IMG/VR virus record: IMGVR_UViG_3300049988_000124
Span: 32,001 to 96,000 of that record
Source of the DNA: a virus
Taxonomy: Duplodnaviria; Caudoviricetes
DNA: 64,000 nucleotides
Reading direction: 5' to 3' (one strand)
The position numbers and the translations under genes are program-made. The notes beneath the pieces were generated by a model, which searched no databases, had not been told where the DNA came from, and saw only the letters and a list, made by a program, of their open reading frames with translations. Shown here in pieces: positions 18,103 through 26,472 of the stretch. Within the stretch, counting starts at the first letter, position 1; the number at the start of each line of letters is the position of its first letter.

Positions 18103-19050
18103 TTAGTTGACAGCGGATAGGTAATCGAGTGATCCGCGATTTGTCCAAATGTTACCGTTCTTCATCGTGTGTAAAATAATAACGTCGTGGGGAGTTCTTG
18201 AAAAAGCACTGGGACCATCGTAGCACGTAAAGGCCAGCTCCACTGCTTCATAGTGAGTGCGAGGACAGAAGTGCTTCTCATCGAGCTCACCGTTGATGCA
18301 CATGAGATCAATGCCCGCTCTCAGTAGATCGGTAATCTCGGTGTCCCCGCCAAAGACACGAGGTAGCTGATGGTTCTGGTAGCAGATCTGCCCGGTGATA
18401 TTGCGCCAGCGGCGCTTGGCATCGAGCTGCGACATTCCGCAGATAATGACTGGTCGGAACAAGAGCCCACACGGTAGCGGCATGAGGATCAAGTGACAGT
18501 CCTCGTTCAAGAACTCCAAGGCTCGGATGTTCTTGGTTCTAGAATAGAACATGTCCATGATACCACCCAATTGCGGTCCCACGTCGCTATCTGGATCAGC
18601 CTTGTAGAGCTTGTTCAGCTGAACCTGCAGATCCGTTAAGATCTCCCGACGCCGGTTGTCCGGCGCACTGATGATGTTGACTTCGATCTGGCCCTTGGAC
18701 TTTACCCTGATCGACCAAATGATGTCCGCCCGTTCACGCTTGCCGCCATCGTGGCAGTAGAAGATATCACCATTGTGCGACTCCGTGGCCCAGACTGTGT
18801 CTGTGACGAAGCGAACGAAGTGGTTCTGATGAACGCTGCGAAGTCGCTCAAAGAAACGCCTGATGACTTTCTGCATTTCCTCGTCCTTGGGACAATCAAC
18901 CTCCACACCGATATAGGTGGGGGTGACTGACACGGTACGATCGAACTTGACTTCCTTGAACGTATAGTCAACAACACGCCCCATCGACTGATCGAACTTG
19001 TTGAAGGAAACAAAGCACTGGTGCTGAAATCTAGGATGCACGTCGTTCAT
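18103..19050 (-). CDS. Hypothetical protein
   Basis: 315-aa ORF, no recognised motif. Confidence 0.65.
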   Translation of the reverse strand: MNDVHPRFQHQCFVSFNKFDQSMGRVVDYTFKEVKFDRTVSVTPTYIGVEVDCPKDEEMQKVIRRFFERLRSVHQNHFVRFVTDTVWATESHNGDIFYCHDGGKRERADIIWSIRVKSKGQIEVNIISAPDNRRREILTDLQVQLNKLYKADPDSDVGPQLGGIMDMFYSRTKNIRALEFLNEDCHLILMPLPCGLLFRPVIICGMSQLDAKRRWRNITGQICYQNHQLPRVFGGDTEITDLLRAGIDLMCINGELDEKHFCPRTHYEAVELAFTCYDGPSAFSRTPHDVIILHTMKNGNIWTNRGSLDYLSAVN

Positions 19051-19135
19051 GGTGATTCTTCTAAGGCCGGGTTATGGTCTTAGCTCCTTTAGGTTACTGG
19101 GGTGGATAGATAAAAACCCATGACATAGTAGCCAA

Positions 19136-19165
19136 TGCTGGGCAGAGGTTTCCCCCTGCCCAGCA
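19136..19165 (-). terminator. Hairpin terminator after the inner-head-like gene
   Basis: TGCTGGGCAG...CTGCCCAGCA inverted repeat. Confidence 0.65.
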
Positions 19166-19197
19166 CGTGCTTATGTTATCAACGAAATCGCTGATGA

Positions 19198-20967
19198 TTA
19201 CGCCGCCTGCGCGCTACCACCACTGATGGGGAGGAGAGCACGGAAGGTCGAGGCAATCATGGTCATACCACCGACCACGACGGTCTTCACCAGCTTGACC
19301 AGCGTACCGACCAGACCGATGAGGAACGAGTAGTAGCCCGAGCTAGCAGCCCAGCCAGCCAGGCCAGCAACAGCGCGACCCTTGCCAGCGCTGAGACCAG
19401 CCTTGACCGCAGCCGTACCAGCAGCCTTAGCAGCGCCGCTCTGAGCAGCTGCGCCACCAGCGGTGACAACACTGGCTGCACTCTTGACAGCACCGACAGC
19501 AGCGCCAGCACCCGACTTGACCGAGTTAGCCGCCGACATGCTGCGCGTACCGAACGCAGTCCAGCCACCCTTCAGGGTCTGCCAAGCGCGGGTCAGCTGA
19601 CCCTGGATCGCCTTGACAGCATTCGCCGTCCAGCCGAGCTCCTTGGCCGAGCCCATCGCGTAGTTACCAGCCATCGGCTGATAGCCCGACTTGACAGCCG
19701 CCGCAGGCTTCACCGCGCTAGCAACCTTCGAGGCCGCATCCGAGACGGTCTTGCCAGCCGTAGCCGCTGCACCCTTAACCGCACTGGCGGCAGTGGAAGC
19801 ACCAGCCTTGGCGGCGTCCACAGCCTTGTCACCAGCCTGGTAAGCCGTACGGGCGAGATCCTTGGCACCCTTGGCAGCGCTGCTCGCTGCGTTCGAGACA
19901 GTCGAAGAAGCAGTCGACGCCGCACCCTTAACCGCGACCTTGGCATCGCCCACCGCGAGCATGATCTTGGTGCCCGCCTCGTTCAGGGTAGCCTTGACCG
20001 AACCACCAGCCCACTTGACCTTGGTGCTGATGTCCGATGCCAGCTTCGTCATGAACGCCTTGACGACGTTGATGTTGGCACTCATGGCCGGAGCACCGCC
20101 GCAGTACACGACAATCGCAGCAACAGCAGCAATCGCTGCGACGACACCGGCGATGGTCTTGTAGGGATGCGCCTTGATGGTCTGACCGACCGACTTAGCA
20201 GCGTCCCAGGTCTTCGACGCGAGCGTCGTAACCAGGCTCTGGACCTTGTTCCAGACCGAGGTGATGATCGCCAGGATCTTCTGACCACCAGCCTTGACGA
20301 CGTTGACGATCTTGGCAGCGAAGGACGCGGCCTTCTCCTTGATCTTCTCGCCGAGCGCCTCGAGCGCCATCATCGACTCAGCGTCACCGGGGACGGGGGC
20401 CGAGAACGACTCCAGGCCGACTGACTCGAGTGCGGTACCATTCAGCAGACCCGTGATCTGCATCACAGCGGCCGTCGAGGGACCCATGCCGTATGACTCG
20501 ATCGCGATGCTCGTCTGGCTCAGCTGCTCGATCTCCATCGACAGCATCTCGATGTCGTTGCTGTCGTTGTCGATCTCACGGTCGACCGAATCAGCGTCGT
20601 CGTAATCCGACTCGTCCTCATCGTCGCCGATCTCGTTCTTGAACGTGGCATCGGTGTCGTCGGCATCGACCTTGACGTCGGTGGTGCCGGTCACGTCGGC
20701 GTCATCGCCGAAGTCGCCGTCGGGCAGCTTGCCGCCAGTATCCTCGCCCTGATCGATCTGCTGCTCTTCGAGCTGGGTGTTGTCACCCTCGCCGTTCAGC
20801 TCAATCTGCTGACGCTCAGCAGCGAAGGCATCGTCGATAATCTGGAGGGGATCAACCGCACCATCCTGCGTCGCATTGGTGTCGAGGCTCTGATCATCGA
20901 GCGCCTCAGTAGCGATGGTCGAAGCGATCGCCTCAGCGCCGCCCTTGTACTGACCGAAAATAGACAT
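19198..20967 (-). CDS. Putative internal head / ejection protein (phiKZ processed head-protein type)
   Basis: Acidic N-terminal pro-region with repeated S/A/G-x-E sites (SME, AIE, ALE, GLE, ALE), a hydrophobic helix IAGVVAAIAAVAAIVVYC, Ala/Lys/Ser/Thr-rich repeats, and strong GC3 bias. Confidence 0.65.
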   Translation of the reverse strand: MSIFGQYKGGAEAIASTIATEALDDQSLDTNATQDGAVDPLQIIDDAFAAERQQIELNGEGDNTQLEEQQIDQGEDTGGKLPDGDFGDDADVTGTTDVKVDADDTDATFKNEIGDDEDESDYDDADSVDREIDNDSNDIEMLSMEIEQLSQTSIAIESYGMGPSTAAVMQITGLLNGTALESVGLESFSAPVPGDAESMMALEALGEKIKEKAASFAAKIVNVVKAGGQKILAIITSVWNKVQSLVTTLASKTWDAAKSVGQTIKAHPYKTIAGVVAAIAAVAAIVVYCGGAPAMSANINVVKAFMTKLASDISTKVKWAGGSVKATLNEAGTKIMLAVGDAKVAVKGAASTASSTVSNAASSAAKGAKDLARTAYQAGDKAVDAAKAGASTAASAVKGAAATAGKTVSDAASKVASAVKPAAAVKSGYQPMAGNYAMGSAKELGWTANAVKAIQGQLTRAWQTLKGGWTAFGTRSMSAANSVKSGAGAAVGAVKSAASVVTAGGAAAQSGAAKAAGTAAVKAGLSAGKGRAVAGLAGWAASSGYYSFLIGLVGTLVKLVKTVVVGGMTMIASTFRALLPISGGSAQAA

Positions 20968-21163
20968 GTGAAAATAGCTCCATTAACGCGTTATGGTAGA
21001 AACCCTACCACGTCCTATTGTTACCATGGTAATAGAACCTGGTAGCAGATCTGGCGGTTATGACAATTTCCGCCAAAACCCCAATAGAATAGATATTACG
21101 TTTGTACTACTCTTTCTACGTTATGGGATTACAGTATCTTCACGTGCGATACTCGATGACACC

Positions 21164-21195
21164 AGACAGAGAGAGCCGCGAGGCTCTCTCTGTCT
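21164..21195 (+). other. 14-bp perfect stem with GNRA (GCGA) tetraloop in a ~550-bp intergenic region
   Basis: AGACAGAGAGAGCC-GCGA-GGCTCTCTCTGTCT. Confidence 0.8.
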
Positions 21196-21498
21196 AAAGA
21201 CTCTATCTGAGCTACCTTGGTACCTATCGCTTTATCTGCCTTTACGGCACTCAACTCAAAAGACACTAGCTAGTCAGGGAGATCGTACCAAAGATCGAGC
21301 AGAGGCGGGTTGGCGACAAAGTGTCTGTTCGGCCTCAGTGCTGTCTCAGTAACGACGACCCGGTATGGTTCGCTAGTAACTTTTAGGGTATGTTGGAAAC
21401 TAACTTCAATTGGTATTCTAGTTCAGTCATTCGTTCGTTCATATCAGTACAGATACATTGGTTGTAAAAAATGTCAGATTAGATAATGACCAGGTACA

Positions 21499-21524
21499 CA
21501 GGGTAGGGCTAATGCCCTACCCTG
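21499..21524. terminator. Hairpin terminator after phoH
   Basis: CAGGGTAGGGC-TAAT-GCCCTACCCTG, 11-bp stem. Confidence 0.75.
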
Positions 21525-21531
21525 CATAATG

Positions 21532-22308
21532 TCAGCTGTTACGATAAGCGAGGATGACGTCCTTACAAAAACCAGAGCGAACAATGTCGTCCGCTGTGAA
21601 CTCCACGTGACCAACCGAGGAGAGACTCTTCAAGCGACGAATGGCATCTTCCATACCACTCATTCCCTCGATGAACTTCTGCTCTTGATAGTCACCAGCG
21701 ATCACGATCTTGGAATCATGACCGACACGCGTCAGGAGTGCCTTCATCTGCTGGGGAGTGCTGTTTTGCATCTCATCGCCGATGATGGTGGCATTGTCGA
21801 AGGTAGTCCCCAGGATGCTTCCCAGGGGCTCAAACATGATACGACCAGCATTCATTAGGTTCTCCAGGTGGCTAGCACCCAGGAGCTTTGTCAGAATGTC
21901 GCGCATCGGACGCATGGAGACGGCAATCTTGTCGTCCTTATCACCCGGCAACGTGCCGAGCTTCTCACCAATTTCGTGGGCAGGATTTGTTAAAACAAAA
22001 ACGTGTTCTCTATCGTCTAGCAGTCTGGGTAGGCGTTCGGCAATCGCAACGTGGGTCTTGCCGGTACCCGCAGGCCCGGTTGCAAAGGTAGCATCGTAGT
22101 TACGAACACAGGAACCGAGGATCCGCTGATTCTCGGTGAGATACTCAATAGGCTTGCGAATAGAGATAATTGCGTCGCCCGGAGTGCGATCACGGTGTAC
22201 CTCTACTTTGGCGCGGTGGGACATCTTGTCCCGATAGTCTCCGCGTCTCTCACCTTTGGTCTGGGAATGGTGGGCATTAGAACTGCCCCTGCGCGCTGGC
22301 TTACCCAT
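21532..22308 (-). CDS. phoH: PhoH-family ATPase
   Basis: ATGPAGTGKT, VLTNP, LGTLPGD, IIGDEMQN, LLTRVG..SKIVIAGD..Q and DIVRSGF. Confidence 0.93.
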   Translation of the reverse strand: MGKPARRGSSNAHHSQTKGERRGDYRDKMSHRAKVEVHRDRTPGDAIISIRKPIEYLTENQRILGSCVRNYDATFATGPAGTGKTHVAIAERLPRLLDDREHVFVLTNPAHEIGEKLGTLPGDKDDKIAVSMRPMRDILTKLLGASHLENLMNAGRIMFEPLGSILGTTFDNATIIGDEMQNSTPQQMKALLTRVGHDSKIVIAGDYQEQKFIEGMSGMEDAIRRLKSLSSVGHVEFTADDIVRSGFCKDVILAYRNS

Positions 22309-22421
22309 GTGTTCACCTTTAGAGTTACAGAAGAACCGAGCATAGCCCTTCCATAACAGCTACGGTGTAGCTAAAGGTGTTTAGCCGCTACTCTTATATC
22401 AGCTAAACACCTTTAGGATCG

Positions 22422-23309
22422 TTACTTACCATTCAGCCAGGTAAATGCTGCATCGAACACGGTCTTGAAGAAACCATGACGAGGAGCAGGAGTTGGACCA
22501 GGTGCTGGAACGCCTTGGGGGTAGAGGCGATGAATCATGTCGTTGTACGATTCTTCGCGGGGACGACGCTCGTAGATTGCTCGGTGAGCAAGTGCTGCAG
22601 CACGTGGGTTAGCCAGAATGCTCGCATTCGCATCAGCACCAGGAGCCACTAGTCCGTACGCGAACCCGAGTGCTGTATCGAGTTCCGGTGTGATGATGAG
22701 CGGGCCAGTGGGATCGGTGTTCACGGGCTTTGGACCACGGATCTCCTCGAGAATGTAATCCCAGTCTACTCCACCCGTACCACGAGCAAAGCCACCGGCG
22801 ATCGAAGGGAAGTGAACCTTCAAGGCTTCCAGTAGACCAAAGACTCGGTCATTGTAGTCGAGTACACCAGCAATGTCTTCTTTCTCCTCGACGGGAGGAG
22901 TAACAACCTCCACAGGAGCAGGAGGATCAAGCGGAGCTACGTAGCTAGCAGGTGAGGGTGAGAGAGAATCGAGTGTAAAAGTCTTCAGGGTCTTCTTGGT
23001 GGCGGCACTGGCGGAGTAAATGAAATGCTCGTGATCGATAACGGCCTGTGAGTAGATGTGACCCTCACCCAGGCTAAGCAGTGCGCGCTTCAGGGAATCC
23101 TTGCTGAGGTGGGGAAGCTTGTCGCTGATGTTCTCGAAGGAAACAGTGTTGCGATAAGAGGCTACGACCATCAGCACTTCAGCCTCGGTCTGGGTTACCT
23201 CGAACTCGTCCATAATGGCACGCATGAGGCGGACGCCCAACCAGGGAGCATCAATCGTGCGCAGATCACCGCGCAGATCATTGTGGTAGGGGTATAGTCG
23301 ATTGTACAT
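22422..23309 (-). CDS. Hypothetical protein with a possible N-terminal winged-helix domain
   Basis: VTQTEAEVLMVV...FENISDKLPHLSKDSLKRALLSL resembles a MarR-type wHTH; Pro-rich linkers follow. Confidence 0.5.
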   Translation of the reverse strand: MYNRLYPYHNDLRGDLRTIDAPWLGVRLMRAIMDEFEVTQTEAEVLMVVASYRNTVSFENISDKLPHLSKDSLKRALLSLGEGHIYSQAVIDHEHFIYSASAATKKTLKTFTLDSLSPSPASYVAPLDPPAPVEVVTPPVEEKEDIAGVLDYNDRVFGLLEALKVHFPSIAGGFARGTGGVDWDYILEEIRGPKPVNTDPTGPLIITPELDTALGFAYGLVAPGADANASILANPRAAALAHRAIYERRPREESYNDMIHRLYPQGVPAPGPTPAPRHGFFKTVFDAAFTWLNGK

Positions 23310-23336
23310 GATAACTGAACCTTCTTTTCTAGGGAT

Positions 23337-23365
23337 GATGGGGTTAGGGCTACCCTAACCCCATC
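23337..23365 (-). terminator. Hairpin terminator after folA
   Basis: GATGGGGTTAGGG-CTA-CCCTAACCCCATC. Confidence 0.7.
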
Positions 23366-23375
23366 GGTGGTCGAG

Positions 23376-23918
23376 TTACGATGCAGATGCCTCGGCCGTC
23401 TCCTTAACCTCTTCAGGCTCTTCTTCCTTGGGACGGATGTAGGATTCAAACGTACAGATGAGTTGATCATCTTCGCGGTACTGTTCTGATGAGTCGAGGA
23501 TCCAGTCATCGACGTTGAATCGAAAGAACACATCTGCTTCAAACGTGCCGAACACCCTGGTCAAGAGGATGCGATCAGCATAACGTAGTGCGTGGTTGTA
23601 GACATCAGCCCCACCGATGATGAAGATCTCTTCCTCACCGAGTTCGGTATACTCGTTGAGCGCCCTCTTCAGATCGTGGACGACCTCGACACCGTCGGCC
23701 TTCCAGTTGGGGTTGGTGGTGAGGACAATGTTGGTGCGATCCTTCAGCGGAGCACCCAGCGTCTCAAAGGTCTTGCGACCCATGATCACGACGTGACCGG
23801 TGGTAGCTTGCTGGAAGAACTGCATGTCCTTCTTGATACGCGGCCACGGAAGACTTGTACCGTTTCCGATCGCACCAGCCTGGTCCTGAGCCAGGATCAT
23901 TGTAATACGCGTAGTCAT
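23376..23918 (-). CDS. folA: Dihydrofolate reductase
   Basis: ILAQD..GAIGNGTSLPW, DMQFF, IMGRKTFE, PLKDRTNIVLT and FIIGGADVY. Confidence 0.96.
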   Translation of the reverse strand: MTTRITMILAQDQAGAIGNGTSLPWPRIKKDMQFFQQATTGHVVIMGRKTFETLGAPLKDRTNIVLTTNPNWKADGVEVVHDLKRALNEYTELGEEEIFIIGGADVYNHALRYADRILLTRVFGTFEADVFFRFNVDDWILDSSEQYREDDQLICTFESYIRPKEEEPEEVKETAEASAS

Positions 23919-23935
23919 ATAGGTAATCTCCTGTC

Positions 23936-24742
23936 TCAGACCGACACGTCGGCTTGGATGTGAGGATGAGGATCGTAACCCTCCACGATGAAATCTTCGA
24001 GTTCATACTCGTCGATGGTCGCAGGCGTGCGACGAAGCTTCAGCGTGGGGAGTGCACGTGGTTCACGGGTAATCTGCTCTCGTGCCTGATCAAGGTGATT
24101 GTTGTAGAGGTGGATACTACCACCTGTCCAGATGAAGTCACCGACTTCCAGACCACATTGATCAGCCAGCATGTGCGTCAGAATCGCGTAGGACGCGATG
24201 TTGAAGGGCACGCCCAGGAACAAGTCAGCGCTGCGCTGATAGAGCTGTAGGTCGAGTTTGCCGTTGGCAACCCTGGTCTGGAAAAGACAATGGCACGGGC
24301 TGAGAGCCATCTTCGAGAGTTCGCCTGGGTTCCATGCCGTGACGATCTGCCTCCGGCCTGCGGGATCGCGCTTGATGGAGGCAACCAGGTCTGCGATCTG
24401 ATCGATATGGCTCCCATCGGGTGCTACCCAATCACGCCACTGCTTGCCGTAGACGGGACCCAAGTCACCATTCTCATCTGCCCAGTCGTCCCAGATCTTG
24501 ACACCCCTGTCCTTGAGCCAGCCGATGTTGGTATCACCGCGCAAGAACCACAAGAGCTCAACGATGATCGATCGGGTGTGAAGCTTCTTGGTGGTGAGAA
24601 GAGGGAAACCCTTGGACAGGTCAAAGCGCATCTGACCCCCGAACGTGTCAAGCGTTCCAGTACCAGTACGGTCTTGCTGAGGTACGCCTGTATCCAAGAC
24701 GTGTTGAAGCATCCGCTGATATTGAAGATCCGTGTCGTTCAT
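23936..24742 (-). CDS. thyA: Thymidylate synthase
   Basis: [54 protein letters not shown] and HLYNNH. Start reassigned to MNDTD at 24742 (AAAGGA RBS). Confidence 0.97.
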   Translation of the reverse strand: MNDTDLQYQRMLQHVLDTGVPQQDRTGTGTLDTFGGQMRFDLSKGFPLLTTKKLHTRSIIVELLWFLRGDTNIGWLKDRGVKIWDDWADENGDLGPVYGKQWRDWVAPDGSHIDQIADLVASIKRDPAGRRQIVTAWNPGELSKMALSPCHCLFQTRVANGKLDLQLYQRSADLFLGVPFNIASYAILTHMLADQCGLEVGDFIWTGGSIHLYNNHLDQAREQITREPRALPTLKLRRTPATIDEYELEDFIVEGYDPHPHIQADVSV

Positions 24743-24752
24743 GATAAATCCT

Positions 24753-25214
24753 TTACTGAACGTGGGGCTTGTCGGTAATGAGAACACCTTGGAGGTGATC
24801 CATCTCGTGCTGGATGATGCGCGCGAGCATCCCTGAGAAGTTACCGGTGTGGAAATTACCCTCTGGATCCTGCCAGGCAATCTCGCACTTTGCTGGGCGA
24901 CTAACCTTGCGACGAAGACCAGGGATAGAGAGGCAACCCTCCTCCATCACTACTTCGCGGTTGAGCTTCCTGATATACTCAGGATTGATCATCACGTGCA
25001 TTTCTTTGTCAGCGAAAGCAACAATAACGCGCTTGGCGACACCGATCTGGATTGCCGACAACCCGATTCCCTGATTGGTGATCATGGCAGCGAGCATTTG
25101 CTCGATAAGCGTCATCAAGGATTCGTCGAACTCAGTGACGAGGGCAGAGACTGTACGCAGTTGCGGATCGTCATCACGGACGATCGGCTTGATGTCAGGC
25201 ATTACTAGAGACAT
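24753..25214 (-). CDS. def: Peptide deformylase
   Basis: Motifs [15 protein letters not shown] and QHEMDH; very short C-terminus. Confidence 0.96.
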   Translation of the reverse strand: MSLVMPDIKPIVRDDDPQLRTVSALVTEFDESLMTLIEQMLAAMITNQGIGLSAIQIGVAKRVIVAFADKEMHVMINPEYIRKLNREVVMEEGCLSIPGLRRKVSRPAKCEIAWQDPEGNFHTGNFSGMLARIIQHEMDHLQGVLITDKPHVQ

Positions 25215-25825
25215 GCTCTCTCTTCCTCGACTTGCTTTGTCAGGTCGTATGCTAATATTACACCGTCGTGCGCTACTTCGATCTCGTCAGCGCGAGGAGG
25301 ACCCACGACCAATCGCATCAGAGCAACCCTGAAGTTATTTTCTAGGATACGACGCTCGAGGGGTGAGGGCTGTAGTGCATCAATGAAGTCACCGACCCGG
25401 AATGAGTAGGGATCAAGACGCTTGGGCTCTAGTACTTCTAGAACGACTTCATTGACATTGTCAAAATAGCCGCGATGTAGCATATCACGAAGATAGCGAA
25501 ACGACCGACCAATCCAACCAACTGATTTCTCACGACGAAGCGACACTGCCGCCACGCGCTTGTTGTAATAAATGATTTTACCAACTTCATAATCCGCCGT
25601 TGATCCAGGCTTACCCAGGTCCATTCGGAGCTTGCAAAGGCGACACGTCGACTTAAAAGTAGTAGCTACGTTAAAGGGCATGTGAAGAAGTTCGATCACA
25701 TCCTCTGTTTCAACAACTACTGTGTCCCATAGTTCGGTGAGGTAGTAGTTAACATCCCCACCCGTCAGAGTCTGCTGCTTTTGAGAGGCTAGTCGCCGGT
25801 CCTCTCCAGTCCTTTGTTCCGTCAT
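25205..25825 (-). CDS. DUF3310-like protein (T7 gp1.7-like nucleotide kinase family, tentative)
   Basis: GGDVNYY...ETEDVIELLHMPFNVATTFKSTCRL...GKPG...YEVGKIIYY fits the DUF3310 pattern; located in the nucleotide-metabolism cluster. Confidence 0.5.
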   Translation of the reverse strand: MTEQRTGEDRRLASQKQQTLTGGDVNYYLTELWDTVVVETEDVIELLHMPFNVATTFKSTCRLCKLRMDLGKPGSTADYEVGKIIYYNKRVAAVSLRREKSVGWIGRSFRYLRDMLHRGYFDNVNEVVLEVLEPKRLDPYSFRVGDFIDALQPSPLERRILENNFRVALMRLVVGPPRADEIEVAHDGVILAYDLTKQVEEERACL

Positions 25826-25855
25826 TGTTGCTATCCTTGTCTACGTTTGTACCAT

Positions 25856-26290
25856 CTAGTCGGTAACTACGACCGAGGTATCATTCCCGGACATGACCTC
25901 ACGAACGATGCCGATATGGGGAACGGAGGAGCAGAAGAAATGGTAGCCGTGTTCCTCCATTGCTCCCTCTTCACCAGAAGGAGCTAGTACCTTTAGCTCT
26001 CGTGTATCCCGGTCGAAGACGACAATGGCTGGATAGTGACGACTGCGACCATGGACCTCACCACGGCACCAAACATGCTCGTTTGGAGTACAAGCGGCAA
26101 TGCGTGCCATGCACGCCATTTCCAACTTCATCCAATCCTCGTGAGAACCACGACGTTCCTTGATCTGGTCCAAGAGCGCCCGCAGCTCAGGACTTACACC
26201 ACCCAGGGCGTCTTCCACTGCCTTTTGCATCTTCATGACTGTAACTCCACTTCTCTTGTGTAAAGATAGATTCCATCTAATCGTACCCAA
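25856..26290 (-). CDS. Hypothetical protein
   Basis: ORF tiling upstream of the DUF3310-like gene; true start probably near 26239. Confidence 0.55.
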   Translation of the reverse strand: MGTIRWNLSLHKRSGVTVMKMQKAVEDALGGVSPELRALLDQIKERRGSHEDWMKLEMACMARIAACTPNEHVWCRGEVHGRSRHYPAIVVFDRDTRELKVLAPSGEEGAMEEHGYHFFCSSVPHIGIVREVMSGNDTSVVVTD

Positions 26291-26472
26291 AGGTGTTATT
26301 TTGATTTTCGTTCATCGAAGGCCTATACGAGACAAAATTACTACCCCGAAATCATATGACCACACGCCAACAAAAATCGCACTAGGCGATCATCATGGCT
26401 GTTGTTTTTTAGTAAGGGTGTTATCCCTTCCCAAACAGTTTCAAGTGTTTTTTATACAAGAAGGAAAAAGAC

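Noticed and set aside
20993-21352. 119-aa plus-strand ORF in the large intergenic region
   Set aside because: No clear RBS, atypical codon use, and it runs through a strong hairpin; treated as non-coding pending ribosome profiling.
23936-24880. Apparent 46-aa N-terminal extension of thymidylate synthase, or an intron/intein
   Set aside because: The extension overlaps def, and an RBS precedes MNDTD at 24742. The thyA motifs are contiguous with no insertion.
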